NCBI RefSeq assembly: GCF_018350175.1
Contig: NC_058368.1
Span: forward strand, 180,360,001-180,424,000
DNA length: 64,000 nt
Origin: Felis catus
Taxonomy: Eukaryota
Reading direction: 5' to 3'
A program made the position numbers and the translations under genes. Shown piece by piece: positions 51,586 to 64,000 of this stretch (positions within the stretch are counted from its first letter, which is position 1; each line of letters opens with the position of its first letter). The notes beneath the pieces were generated by a model. That model did not search any database and was not told where the DNA came from. It was given only the letters and a program-made list of their open reading frames with translations.

Positions 51586-52659
51586 CTGGAACAGACCCCA
51601 GAGACCCTAGGTCAGCACCTCACCAAGACATGTTGGGTCGGTGGCCTGTGGGATGCACTATCAGAAAACAGAGAATATAGTAAACAGAGTTATCACGATA
51701 AAAGCGGATGCATTAAACTTACCTGTTAAGCAACGGAGACTCTCCATTTGGGTTAAGCCAACAAAAACAATATAAACCAGAATTAATTTCCATACCCAAA
51801 GCCAGTCTGTCTCAGAACAGCAAGGAGAAGGACCAGGTTTGAGTTCTAATCTAGACAGAGGCTCAAGGATCCTTAAGGTCATGAGTTTTGGTAAAGAGTG
51901 AAGAAAAAGAAAACAAAAAATATTTTAGAGGCTATGAAAAATAGGGACCCGTTGCCTGCTGGAAATGTAAATCAGTAACAGATTTAGAAGAGGACTATCC
52001 GACGATGCACATTAAGAGCCTTGAAATGTGAATACCCTGTGACCAATAATTCCCCCATAGTATTAACCAGTAATTCCCCCACAATAATTTATTACCAAGT
52101 GTAATAAAAAATTCAGGCAAAGATGCCTTTGTACCAAACTGTGATAATAGTGATGAAAAGGATAACAAGCGCTAATATAACATCTACTCTATGCCAAGCA
52201 CTGTTCTAACTACTGTACATCTCTTTGCCCCTTCAATCCTCACACTAACCCTAAAAGTAGATTTTGTTATAACCCCCACTACATGAAAGAGAAAATCTAG
52301 GCACAGATTAAATACCTTGCTCAAGGTCACATGGAAAATAACTGGTCAAGTCTGCTATATTTACACAACACGCTGCCACAGCCATCAAAAATAGTGTCTT
52401 CAAAGAAATGTGAATGAAACAGAAAGAGGCCTATTATGTATAAGTGAGTGGAGGTGCAGGGGGCAAAACTGAATAATGCTGTATTTATTGAAACAATATG
52501 TACATTCTCAAAAGCATTAGGAGAACGCTTAGCAAATTATCAGCAGTAGATATGTCTTGGTGGTACAATATTTCTTCATTCTTTTAAAAAAATGCAATAA
52601 ATATGTACAGTGATCATTTGAAAAAAGGTCAAAATCCAAAAAAACAATAATTTTTTTAT

Positions 52660-53040
52660 ATGTACAATGGAATACTATTTGGCAATGAGAAAGAATGAAA
52701 TATGGCCTTTTGTAGCAACGTGGATGGAACTGGAGAGTGTGATGCTAAGTGAAATAAGTCATACAGAGAAAGATACCATGTTTTCACTCTTATGTGGATC
52801 CTGAGAAACTTAACAAAAGACCATGGGGGAGGGGAAGGGGAAAAAAAAAGTTACAGAGAGGGGAGAAGCCAAACCATAAGAGACTTAAAAACTGAGAATA
52901 AACTGAGGGTTGATAGGGGGTGGGAGGGAGGGGAAAGTGGGTGATGGGCATTGAGGAGGACACCTGTTGGGATGAGCACTGGGAGTTGTATGGAAACCAA
53001 TTTGACAATAAATTTCATATTAAGAAAAAAAGAAAAAAAT
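52660..53040 (+). mobile_element. Felid-type L1 3' end (5'-truncated)
   Basis: ORF2 terminus 'tggatggaactggagagtgtgatgctaagtgaaataagtca', 3' UTR 'gggatgagcactgggagttgtatggaaaccaatttgacaataaa' and an A-tail. Confidence 0.88.
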
Positions 53041-53071
53041 TTACTACCTATTAGAAAAACAAAAACAAAAA

Positions 53072-53287
53072 AATTTTTAAAGCTAATTTATTTATTTTGA
53101 GACAGAAAGAGAGAGAGAGAGAGCAGGAGGGGCAGAGAGAGAGAGAAGAAGACAAAGAGAATCTAAGCAGGCTAGAGGTTATCAGCACAGAGCCCGATGC
53201 AGGGCTTGAACTCACCAACTGTGAGATCATCAGCTAAGCCAAAACCAAGAGTTGGATGCTTAACCAAGCAAGCCACTCAGGTGCCCC
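53072..53287 (-). mobile_element. CAN-SINE
   Basis: Reverse body ending caggtgcccc. Confidence 0.85.
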
Positions 53288-54182
53288 AAGATAGACATTA
53301 AGAAAAAAAAAGGGATAGCTAACAGCTGAACAGACATGGAAGATATCAAAGCAATGTCAAGGAATCGATGCCCCTCAGCTGCCAACCCTTCAGCCATCTC
53401 CCCGCTGGTGGGTGGGGTTGGGGGGCAAAACACACCAGAAACTGTATAATCATGGTCATGTGGTGAATCCAGCCAGTGGACAGGTTCTGCTTAACCGAAA
53501 GTGTTTTATTAATTTTAAGTTGGTTACTGGTATATAAAAACAGGGAGATGTAAACATTACAATCCTGATCTCTGTTTTTTTCAGAAGATCTGGCCATGCT
53601 GAGTCCACAGTCTGCCACAGACCCAAGTACTCCATCAGTCTGCTGGTCTGCTTCATTCATTTATGTCATGGGTCTGACTCCTGGGGAATTTGAGTTTGTG
53701 CCTCCTTTTGTAGGGCCGATAGCTCCCATTCCTCATTCACCAAATGAGCATTTCCAATGAAAGAAAGAAGGTATAGGGAGGATGATCACAGAAGCAGCAG
53801 GGCCAAGTTACTGTCCCTACCAGTAACTGCTGTGTTACAATGGGCAGGTTGCTTAACCTTTCTGAATCTACCTCTGTAATTGTTAAAGAGGGTAACAGGT
53901 CCTGCTTACCCTGCTTCTAGGAAGCTATAAAGCACTTCTGCCCAGGTAAAGTAAACAAACGTTGGTGAGAGTAAAGCCCAAACTATTTACTGGGGCCAGT
54001 TTTTTAATTGTGAATAGCAATTCTTTAAACTCTTCCTCCTCCCTTTTTCTGGGAAAGAAAACAAAGTCTAAAGATTGCTGGCAGGAGCCACAAGATAGTT
54101 TCTCATAAGGAAAGCTCTGCAACCCTTCCACCAGGAAAGGAGGAGGAATATTTACAAGAAAAGATTAAAAAGGGGAGCATTT

Positions 54183-54406
54183 GGGGCGCCTGGGTGGTTC
54201 AGTTGGTTAAGCATCTGACTTCGACTCAGGTCACGATCTCGTAGTTTGTGAGTTCGAGCCCTGTGTCGAGCTTTATGCTGACAGCTCAGAGCCTGGAGCC
54301 TGCTTCAGATTCTGTGTCTCCCTCCCTCTCTGCCCCTCCTCCGCTCACGCTCTGTCTTTCTCAAAAATAAATAAACACAAATAATAATAATAATAAATAA
54401 AAAAAT
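54183..54406 (+). mobile_element. Felid CAN-SINE
   Basis: Full body; flanking repeat aaaagg..gagcattt. Confidence 0.9.
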
Positions 54407-55319
54407 AAAAAGGGAGCATTTTATAAAGCTGGGTCCTATGTCCCATCAGTAGATATGGATGCCCTCAGAGTCAGGGACTCCTGAGTGCCCAAGCGTTAGC
54501 CTCAGACATCCAGCTGACAAAGCCCACAGAAGATACAGCTGATCATGGCCAGGCTGGAGATGTTTTCTAAAATATGTAAATTTTTAAAGTTTACACTTTT
54601 GGGGAAAAATACAAAAAAGGAAAATCTCACAATTCTACTACTGCAAATTTATAAAACAAGTGAGAGTTTCCATGTCTCTAATTCTACTCCCTACAGGTAA
54701 CTGCTGCTACGAGTCTCACACACTAAAAGATACTGCCCTCTAATTACACATAAACCTGTTTGTTGATACATATGTGTCTGTATACAGAAACTTATTTTTA
54801 ATGCAACATGGCCCCATGTTATATATACTGGTCTGTAATTTGCTTTCATCTGCAAATGATTGATATTGTTCATCCTTCCTTATTGGGTGAAGATTTACCT
54901 CAAGTCTTTTTGTTTATTCTTTTTTTTTAGTTTTATTACTGTTTTTATTTATTTTTTAATTTTTTATTTACCTTGATCATTTAAATGGTTGCATAGTATT
55001 CCATGGAATGGGATTAGGCTGTATTTATGGTAGGGTATTAGTGGCTTCCCAGACTTCTACTGGGAAATATTTGGATTGTTTTAAGTTTTTTTGCTATTAC
55101 AAACAATGCTGCAGCGACAACTGTTAAAAAAAAATACTTGTGTGAACTTGTATGATTAATTCTGCAAGATATACTTCTTAATACAGGGACTACCTTTTGA
55201 AAGGTTGTACCAATTCTTATGCTCACAAACAGCATATGAAAGTGCCTTTTCCCCCAGATTCTCAGCAAAATTGCTTTAAAAAATGTTGGTACTTCATCCA
55301 GTAATTTTGGGTCCTGGCA

Positions 55320-55652
55320 GTATATTAGAATCAGCTGAGGAGCTACAAAACAGCAAAAACACAAAAAACCCTGAACCCTGTGCCAGAACATTTATATCAG
55401 AATTTCCATGAGTGGGACCCAGGCACTGACACTTGTGAAAGTTTCCCCAGGTGTCTGTCCCCAGACAGACGTGGCTGAGAAACCTTGACTGACACAATTA
55501 GAATCACTTGGGGGGAATTTTAACACTCCTGATACCCAAGCCCCACCCCTGGATCAATTAGATCAGAATCTCTGGGGGTGGGGATGAGGCAGTGGTGATT
55601 TGCAAAGCTCCCCAAATATTCCAGTGTGCCACCAAAGGTGAAAACCACTCTC
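55320..55652. mobile_element. Two adjacent MER5-like MITE fragments
   Basis: Repeated motifs 'ttagaatcagctgaggagct' / 'ttagaatcacttggggg' and 'atcagaatctctggggg'. Confidence 0.55.
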
Positions 55653-56089
55653 TCAGAGGTGACAGCACAGATGCGCTGAGCGCTCACTGAAGCTGGCAGG
55701 CAAGGCTGGCAGGTGTGATGCTGAGCTCCAGGTAGGATCTCCCGCCAAAGGGCTGGCTGAGATGCTGGCCCTTGACCAGCAGCAAGGGCACACCTGGATG
55801 AACCCTCCCCAGAGCGTTCTGTTCAATAGCGCCCTCTCTGTGGCCAAGGTCCTCTACTCCTTGTAATATGAAAGTATGGGAGAGCCTTAATTGGAGGCTG
55901 GCTACCAATTTGGGTGGCCCAGTCTCTCTTTCATAGTAGAAACCAACACAGATAGATGAATGCACACGTAGACAAACAACACGCAACCTCATATCAGAAC
56001 ACTGGTTTCAACCTGGCTACATGTTGGAACTACCCCAGAGATTTCCACTTAATTGGTCTACAGTATGAAGTGGGCATCAATGTATGGCT

Positions 56090-57480
56090 TAAATCAACTT
56101 TATTAAGGTAAAATTTAAATACGATCAATGCAGGCATTGTGTATAGTTCGATATGTTTTGACAAATGTGTACACCATAAACCATCGCTTAAATCGATGGG
56201 TAAAATGTTCCCTTTACCTCAATGATCCCTGTACTCTTTCCTGGTTACTCCCACCCACCTCCTCCCTCCTCTTCAGCCTATTCAGAACTTCCTATCGATG
56301 GATGCATAAGTGTATGATCTCTGAGCCTTCCTTCTTATGCTCAGCATAAGGCTTTGAGACTCATTTATGTTGTTGTATCAGTGACTTGCTTATTACTGCT
56401 GAATAAAATTCTATTGTATGAATATATCACAGTTCACTTTTTGAAAAACCTTTAGGTTGTCTCTCTCTAGTTTGGGATTATCATGAAAAGCTGTAATGAA
56501 CATGCATGCACAAATCTTTGTATGGGCATATATTTGCATTTCTCCTAGGCAAAATTATCCAGCAATGGAATTGCTGGGTCATATTGTAAGCATATGTTGA
56601 ATTTTATTAAAAAAAACTGGCAAACTGGGGCGCCTGGGTGGCTCAGTCAGTTAAGCGTGTGACTTCGGCTCAGGTCAGATCTTGCAGTTCATGAGTTCAA
56701 GCCTTGCATCGGGCTCTCTGCTGTCAGCACAGATCCTACTTTGGACCTTCTGTCCTCTCCACCCCCCACCTCTCAAAAATAAATAAACATTAAAAAAGAA
56801 TAGAAAAACTGTTTTCCAAAATGGCTGTTCCAATTTACATTCTCACCACTAATTTAGTGGAGTTGTAATTCTTCCATATTCGCCAACCACTGGTATTGTT
56901 AATCTTCATTTCAGTCGTTATAGTGGGAATGCTGTGGTACCCGCCTGCAGTTTAAATCTGCATTTCCCCAAGGACTGATGATGGAAACATACTTTTATGT
57001 GTCCATTGGCCATCTGTAGGTCTTTAGTGTTTTTTAAATCTTTCTTATTTTTTTTATTGGGTTGTTGGGCTTCTTACTATTTTAAGATAGGAGTCCTTTT
57101 ATATATTCTTGATATAGGTCCTCTGTTAGATCTAAATATTGTAAGTATTTTTTCCTTACCTGTGGCTTACCTTTTCAGTTTCTTACTGGTGTCTTTTGAA
57201 CAATAGAGGTTTACATTCAATGAAGCCCCATTCATCAATTTTTCTTTTATAGTTAGTGGTTTTTGGGTCTTGTCCCCCCCCCCCCCAAAAAAAAATCTTT
57301 GCCTGTTCTACAATCTTGAAGATTTTTCTCCTATGTTTTCTTCTAGATGTTCTCTAGTTTTCCATTTTATGTTTGGGTCTATGGTCATTTTGAGTTTATT
57401 TTTATACACGGTGTGAGGTGGGGACAGAAGTGGGTGTATTTTTTTCCATGTGGACCAGCAACTATTGAAAAGACTGTCCT
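56090..57480 (-). mobile_element. Old L1 3' region
   Basis: Antisense L1 ORF2/3' UTR motifs 'ggaattgctgggtcatat', 'atctgcatttcccc' and 'gtccattggccatctgtagg'. Confidence 0.75.
56627..56797 (+). mobile_element. CAN-SINE inserted in an L1
   Basis: ggggcgcctgggtggctcagtcag head and A-tail. Confidence 0.88.
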
Positions 57481-58619
57481 TTAGGATACCGGGCTTTTCA
57501 AAAGTTCCCAGGGGTGTCTAGGGAGTTGTGTTAGTTAGCAGCCTTTGTCCTGCATTAGACTCTGAGAGGGTCCCCCCAGGCCCAGCCTCTTCTGCTGGTA
57601 CCCTCCTTCCTGAGTCTATCACATTTGAATAGATATCTTTACATCAGGCAGGATCCTTGAGATCACCTTGGCTAGTTATTTTTTAGTTCTCATTTTTTTT
57701 AATTAAAGCTATACATGGGCACAGTTTAATCACTGAGCATTTTACACACCTGGCTACATAAAACATCATTACCCCATCCTCTTCCCTCTCAGGCTCTCCT
57801 CCCCAGAAGGCAGCTACTGCCAACACTTAGCTAAGCACAGCCATCACTGAGAACCCCTTCTCTATCCTCCTTCGTGCTCCAAACCTCCATCTACAAACGT
57901 ATTCCACACACGTTCTCCACACTCACAAGCTCTGCATATAATCCACACACCACCTCCTCCACACACCACACGCCCACTTTCTACACACACCACACGCATA
58001 CCCACACGGCTAATGCTAGTGCATTCTCCAAGGGCTTTAACAACAATTGTCTTAAAAACAGCTGAACATCTGGAGAATGCCCAACCTTGTTACTATGCAA
58101 AGGAATGCAAATGAAAAGCAGTGAAGCAACAGTTTAAACCTATAATGAATTTATCAAGAAATAAGGAAATGAAAATCGCCCCTTACTGATCAAGGCATGA
58201 GGATAACAGTACCCTTACTGCCTATGGCAATACAGGTTGATACAGTCTTTTGGAAGTTCTTATCAATTTAGGAATGAATATGGATCAGAAGTCTCAAAAA
58301 TGTTCATAGTATCTTGCTTAGTAATCCTATATTTGGAAATATAAACGTGGGAAATTGTCACAAAGGAGAGGAGCAATATGAATAACGATTCTCCTCCTAT
58401 TTATTTAAAACAAATAGATGGAAATAGTGCAGGAGATCAGCAATAGGGGTAATTATGGTGCATTTGTTTTATGTGTTAAAATGTATTGCTTACATTCATT
58501 TGATGTACTAAAAATGACAATATGAAGACTGTGTGGCATCTCTCAAATACTCATAACACAATATGAAGGGAAAACACTAGAACACATAATTTGATCCCTG
58601 ATTAAAACCATCTAATCAA

Positions 58620-58880
58620 GGGTGCTTAGGCTGCTCAGTTGGTTAAGTGTCTAACTCTTGATTTCAGCTCAGGTCATGATATCACAGTTTGTGAGGTCTG
58701 TGGGCCTGTGGGTCTGGGGCACCGCAATCAGGCTCTGTGCTGACAGTGTGGAACCCGCTTAGGATTCTCTCTCCCTCTGTCTCTGCCCCTCCCCCTGCTC
58801 ATGTGCTCTCTCGCGCGCGCTCGCGCTCTCTCTCTCTCTCTCTCAAAATAAATAAACTTAAAAAGAAACCCAAAACACAA
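58620..58880 (+). mobile_element. CAN-SINE
   Basis: Head, (CT)n stretch and tail; TSD aaaaccatctaatca. Confidence 0.85.
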
Positions 58881-58997
58881 AAACCATCTAATCATGATGG
58901 ATGGAAACAGTCTGTGGGAGTACTTAACACTCACATCTGAAATAATGAAATGGGTTATATTTTGGAAACAGTTGTCTATATTTGTTGGTTCTCACTC

Positions 58998-59169
58998 CTC
59001 TGTCTGTCTGTCTCTCTCTATCTCTTTATCTCTATCTCTATCTCTATCTATCTACATATCTATATCTATATCTATATAGATATATATATCTATATAGATA
59101 GAGATAGAGATAGAGATAGAGATAGAGATAGAGATAGAGATAGAGATAGAGATAGAGATAGAGAGAGAG
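58998..59169. repeat. Compound microsatellite (TCTATC)n-(TA)-(GATAGA)n
   Basis: Visible; about 11 pure GATAGA units on the right arm. Confidence 0.9.
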
Positions 59170-59313
59170 TGCACAAGCGAGGGAGAGGGACAGAGGGAGA
59201 AAGAGAGAAAGAATCTTAAGCAGACTCCATGCTCAGCAATGAGCCTGACATGGGGCTCGATCCCATGACCCTGAGATCATGACCTGAGCTACTGACTGAG
59301 CCACCTCAGGCGC
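59160..59313 (-). mobile_element. CAN-SINE, degenerate
   Basis: Motif 'gggctcgatcccatgaccctgagatcatgacctgagct..ctgactgagccac'. Confidence 0.8.
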
Positions 59314-59334
59314 TGCTCCCCCACCCCTACCCCT

Positions 59335-60696
59335 GGTCTTCTTTCAGACTCACTCCAGTCAGGCCTTTGCCCTGAGTCCTTGTCCACAGCTTCCCTCGAA
59401 AGTTGGGTCTATCTCAGTCTTCATATCTGACCCATCAGAAGCATCTGACAGGGCTGACGACACTCTCCTCAACATGCTTCCTTCAGGATGGCCTGGTTTT
59501 CCTTCTGCCTTTCTGGTCACTCCTCAGGTTTTTCTCCTTTCTGCACCCACTTACTATCTGAGAACCCCAAGACTCATTCCTTGGTCCTCTTCTCTTTGAT
59601 TTACTCCTTTGGTGATCTCAGCTAGCTTCATGTCTTTAAATACTACTGTGTTGTATGCCAACAACTCCCAAACAACTAGCTTTAGCCCAGATCTCTTATC
59701 CAAACTCCAGATTCCTCCATCAAACATACCAGACTTCTCCCTCAAGTCTTAGATGTGTAACAGGTATAGAAGACTCGACATGTCCAAAATCATTTTCCTC
59801 CCTACACCCAATACTCTAGTTTTTTCCATTCAATAAATGGCAACTCCATCCTGCCAGCTGCTCTGCCCCATGAGGGCCATTCATTCCTCTTTCTCTCATG
59901 TTCCATATGCAGTCTACCAAGAAATCCTGTTGTCTCCACCTTGAAAATACATCCACATCTGGCCACTTTTCACTACCTCCACCACCAAGGCCTTGGTCTG
60001 GGGCACTGCCCTCTGTCACCTGGATGACTGCAATCATCTCTCACAAGCTTCTCTGCTTCTGTCCTTGCTCCACTAAGTTCTATTCTCAACAAAGCAGCCA
60101 GAGTGGCCCTTTTAAGACATAAAGCAGATCATGCCACTCATCAGCTGAAAACTCTCCATTGGCTCTCATCTCACATGGGGCAAAAAGCTAGAGCCCTTAA
60201 GGCAAACCACCACCCCACCTATGCCCTGCAACTCTCTGGCCTGAGGTCCTTCTCCCGGCTTCCTTACTCACTCTGCCATGTGCACACCTGCCTCCTTGTC
60301 ATCCCCATGCAAGCTAAATATGGCCACTACTCAGAGTTCTTGCTCTAACAATTCTCTACCTGAAAGGCCCCCTTACCTCCCTCAAGTCTTAGTTCAAATC
60401 TCATTTTCTCAACCAGGTCTTCTTCCTGAAGACCATGGCCACTGTCCTTCCCCACCACCCTCAAACTCATCCCAGCACGTCTCAGCCCACACTCTTTTCC
60501 TTTCTCCTGTAATACTTTGTCTAATGTACTACATAATATGCTTATTTGTGTTATTTTTTTGTCTCTTCTGCCAGAATGAAAGCTCTCTAAGGGCCAGAAT
60601 CACTGCCATTACAAACGCTCTCATGTATCCCAAGTTCCAAGAACAGTGCCTGGAACATTGCAGATAGTCAGTGAATATTTGCTGAATGAATGAATG
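59335..60696 (+). mobile_element. L2 LINE fossil
   Basis: L2 body motifs ending in 'gaacagtgcctggaacat..atatttgctgaatgaatgaatg'. Confidence 0.75.
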
Positions 60697-62024
60697 CTGG
60701 ACAGTGGATTGAACCTATTCAATTCTCTTATGTTTATAACTGGAGAAGGTAATTTCAGTCTGTGAACAACACACACACAGAGGACTGATCTGAGTCCCCG
60801 GCTCTGAATGCTTAGGCCTCGAGGGTCACACTCCCACCACCTGTACCCCACACAGGCTCCATCTGCAGGAGGTGGTGCCCTCCATCCAACCAGGACACCT
60901 TCAAAGCAAAAGGCACCCAGTGGTCTGAGAGCTGGTAAAACTGTCAGAATTCTTCCTATTGTGGCCCCCATTTACTCACCTGCCCATACATCCCATTTCT
61001 GCCATCATCTCCTCAAGAGTAAACTCTGCCACTGCCTGCTATTCCTTCCTGCCTTCTATTTCTCCAACAACTCCCAGAAGCACCTTAAAATACTGCTCTT
61101 ACCATCAGATTTTAATGAGGGGGATGAACTCAGTAATTAGACACAAGGAGTAGACTGGTTTGGGTCCCTGTACATCACTGTTGAACCCAGCATACTGTGC
61201 AGCCCTCCAAGCATTAACCTCATTCCCTGTACACACTCAATTAGGCATATTTACTTCTCATTCTCTAGCATGCAATTGTGAGCGCTAATAAAAACCTCTG
61301 CTACCCCCAACAATGCAATTAATGTCATTAGCCGTCTCTCAGAAACTTGTCTACACTTTGGTGCCGACGAAGTCTGCTCATTCATCCATTTAGTCATGAG
61401 TTCATGCACGTATGCTCTTTCCTATTTAGCAAAGATCAAGTGCATACCTACTATGTGCCTTACCCAGCACAGGCCTGGGGCGGCATGATGAATTAGACAC
61501 TGCCCTGCTTTACAACAGGCAAATGGTTATACCACAGAGTGATGAGGGGCACGACACAGGCATAGCCAGGTGCTACTGAACTTGGAGGAGAAAGCGAATC
61601 GGGGAGCACACTCGGCTCCCTAGTAGCAGTTCGAATCCCAGCTCTGCTGTGCTTTAGCCCTGAGTGTCAAGCAATCAGTGATGACCTTTAAGTTGCATTT
61701 GTAAGACAGGGATAATCATCCTAACACCCCTCAGGGGAGCCAGGAGGATTAAGTGAGAAGACGTCTATCAGGTGTCTATTCCAGCACATGGCACAGATTG
61801 TGTGGTCAGTAAACAGAGGCTACTAGGATCTCGTGCCCTATTCTCAGCCTTCAGGCCTGGCCAGGCACATCCCATTTCATTCCATTCACCTCTTTCCTGA
61901 CAGGACAAAGGGAATCCTACACTTCAGAAGGCTGGAAGCAAGACAGGCATGGACACGTGGGGCAGTGAATTTCAGAGGACAGGACATAATCTTGGCCAAG
62001 AAGGTGTACCAAGGATGAAGCCCA

Positions 62025-62256
62025 GGGGCGCCTGGGTGGCTTGGTCGGTTAAGCGTCCGACTTCGGCTCAGGTCATGATCTCACGGTCTGTGAGTTCAAG
62101 CCCTGCGTCGGGCTCTGTGCTGACAGCTCAGAGCCTGGAGCCTGTTTCAGATTCTGTGTCTCCCTCTCTCTCTGCTCCTCCCCTGTTCATGCTCTGTCTC
62201 TCTCTGTCTCAAAAATAAATAAACATTAAAAAATAAAAAAATAAAAAATAAAAAAA
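62025..62256 (+). mobile_element. Felid CAN-SINE
   Basis: Full body; perfect 14-bp TSD aaggatgaagccca (62011-62024 and 62257-62270). Confidence 0.93.
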
Positions 62257-62950
62257 AAGGATGAAGCCCAAATACCCATTAAGTCTCCTTGGCTCAGGGA
62301 CCATGACCTGGGTTCCTCCACCTGTTAGACAACACGCTTGTCCCTTTCTCAACCTATTCTTACATCATTGCCTCAGAGACAAAGACACTAGGAATCTTTA
62401 CTCTGGATCAGGATACTTGGATCATGTACATGAAGCAAAGGTCAGCTGACCACTATAATGAGCTAGAGACACCACAACTGATACCAATCCACTATGGACA
62501 CACATGTATGCATGCTGCTAGGGACATGCTGGGGCTCTGGTCTGGTAATGACAATGACACATCTGCCTTACATGGAAAAAAATCTGTACGCACAAAAATT
62601 GGTATATGTTAAAGAAAAGGATATCTGCATATACACACAAACATACAATCGGAACATTTCTGGAATGATACACAAGAAATTATTAGCAGTGGTTGCTTCT
62701 GTAAAATTGGGGAGATGGGTTGTGAGGGGAGAGTTTTAGATTCTATTTAAAATCCTTCTAAATGGTTATTTTGTACGAGCATACATTATCTATCTATATC
62801 TACATCGACATCTCCATCTCACTCTATATAAAACAAAACACAATCTGGCTTCAAGAGCCTCTGCCGGCAGCTCTTCCAGACTTGGGGGGTGGGTGTGGAG
62901 GTAGAGGGATGGGGTGCAAGATGGGGAAGGGATGCTGGACAGGAACTTAC

Positions 62951-63060
62951 TGGTGTTGTGGTCTATGAAGTAGTCTCCGACCTGTGGGTCATACGCCTCT
63001 TCCCATCCTAGTGGCAACTCATCACTAATGCAGTCAGCAAAGGTGAGTGGTTTGGTGTAC
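62951..63060 (-). CDS. WWC1: WWC1 exon 2 (110 nt), WW2 domain
   Basis: Encodes [38 protein letters not shown] acceptor at 63062-63061, GTAAGT donor at 62950. Confidence 0.97.
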
Positions 63061-64000
63061 CTGGCAAGGGAGAGGAGAAACACACTCCATCAGCCCACGG
63101 TCCCCAAAGCCCTGCAATTCACTGCTTCTCTCAGCCCCCCGCTCCTCTGGATTGACCCAGCAGAGCCACAGACTTTACACTGACCCCAACTCTGCTGTGC
63201 CCAAGGCCCCCAGGAAGGTGAGTGCATGGCAGCAGCAGCAGGATTACGTCACCCAGGAGGGAAGCAGAGATTCGGCATTCCAGGCCTAACTCTGCCACTG
63301 ATTTGGGAATGATGTGAGCACGTCAGCTTCCTTCTCTGGGCCTCTGTTTCTGCATCTCTGGGCGGTGTGCAGAAAAAGGTTCGAAGGTCAAGTCTCGCTT
63401 CTGGACTGGGACTCCAGCCCTCACTGGCTTCTTCATCTGTGACTCACTTGCCCACCCCACCCCCAGTCTTCATCCTGGCTCTACCCTATGTCTGTTGTGC
63501 CCACTTGCCCTCTGTAAAGCTGGCTTACAGCAGCATCTAGAATGGCAGATGTTCCGTCCTTATGAATTTGGCCAGAAGCAGTATTTATCTGCTTCTTGAG
63601 CCGTTCCTAAATGCCTATACCCACCTCTGTCCTTCCCCAGATAACCCAGGCCAAACTGATCTTTTTGGTAATAACCACTCTCTAAGACCCCATTTTGGTG
63701 TTCAGTGGTGGTAATCACCCACTTGGTGGCTAAGTCAGACAGACAAATCATCCAACTAAATGAACTAAGGCCTGTCAAGGCTGGAAAACAGCACAAACCA
63801 TCGTTTAAGCATTTCAGTCAGAGTGCAAGGAGCCACGAACCTAGATATACAGCCAATCAGCCTGAGTGGCCCCTCCAAAAAGCCCCTTTGGTTTCTCCTA
63901 TTACTGCCTCTGCTTAAAACCCATACTCAGATGTTCTCTCTCTCCAGTCTGTTCCCAAGCCCTCAGAGTCCTGGAAGGCCACACGGCTCTGTTTCATCAC

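Larger units (their letters stand above)
1..64000 (-). other. WWC1: WWC1 (KIBRA) gene body, partial: intron 1 to intron 17; the gene extends beyond both window ends
   Basis: Sixteen minus-strand exons splice into one continuous ORF that matches the recalled KIBRA protein from [10 protein letters not shown] to TQTLEDSW. Confidence 0.97.

Noticed and set aside
61274..61286. AATTGTGAGCGCT, identical to 13 bp of the symmetric lac operator
   Set aside because: The palindrome is not completed and there is no flanking vector sequence; a chance match.
1..64000. Novel multi-gene system, CRISPR-like array, or foreign/viral insert
   Set aside because: No regularly spaced repeat-spacer array, no unexplained long ORF and no compositional break seen by eye. 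The content is accounted for by WWC1 exons, introns and common mammalian repeats.

Overview
This is mammalian genomic DNA, almost certainly from a felid (cat family), judged by felid-type CAN-SINEs and a felid-type L1 3' end. The whole window lies inside one gene on the minus strand, WWC1 (KIBRA), a Hippo-pathway scaffold. I resolved 16 consecutive coding exons, equivalent to human exons 2-17 (2406 nt, about residues 40-842). All have GT-AG boundaries, compatible phases and no in-frame stop. They encode WW2, the coiled-coil regions, the Ser-rich phospho-regulated region and the C2 domain. Exon 1 and exons 18 onward lie outside the window. The introns hold about 22 CAN-SINEs plus L1, L2, MIR, MLT1 LTRs and DNA-transposon fossils. 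Exon numbering and repeat family names come from recalled consensus sequences, not from a search, and repeat boundaries are approximate. I found no evidence of a new multi-gene system. The best leads are two candidate extra exons that could give WW-less or otherwise altered KIBRA isoforms (51723-51871 and 36250-36336). Others are candidate intronic enhancers, G-runs at weak splice donors, inverted SINE pairs and young, possibly polymorphic SINE insertions.
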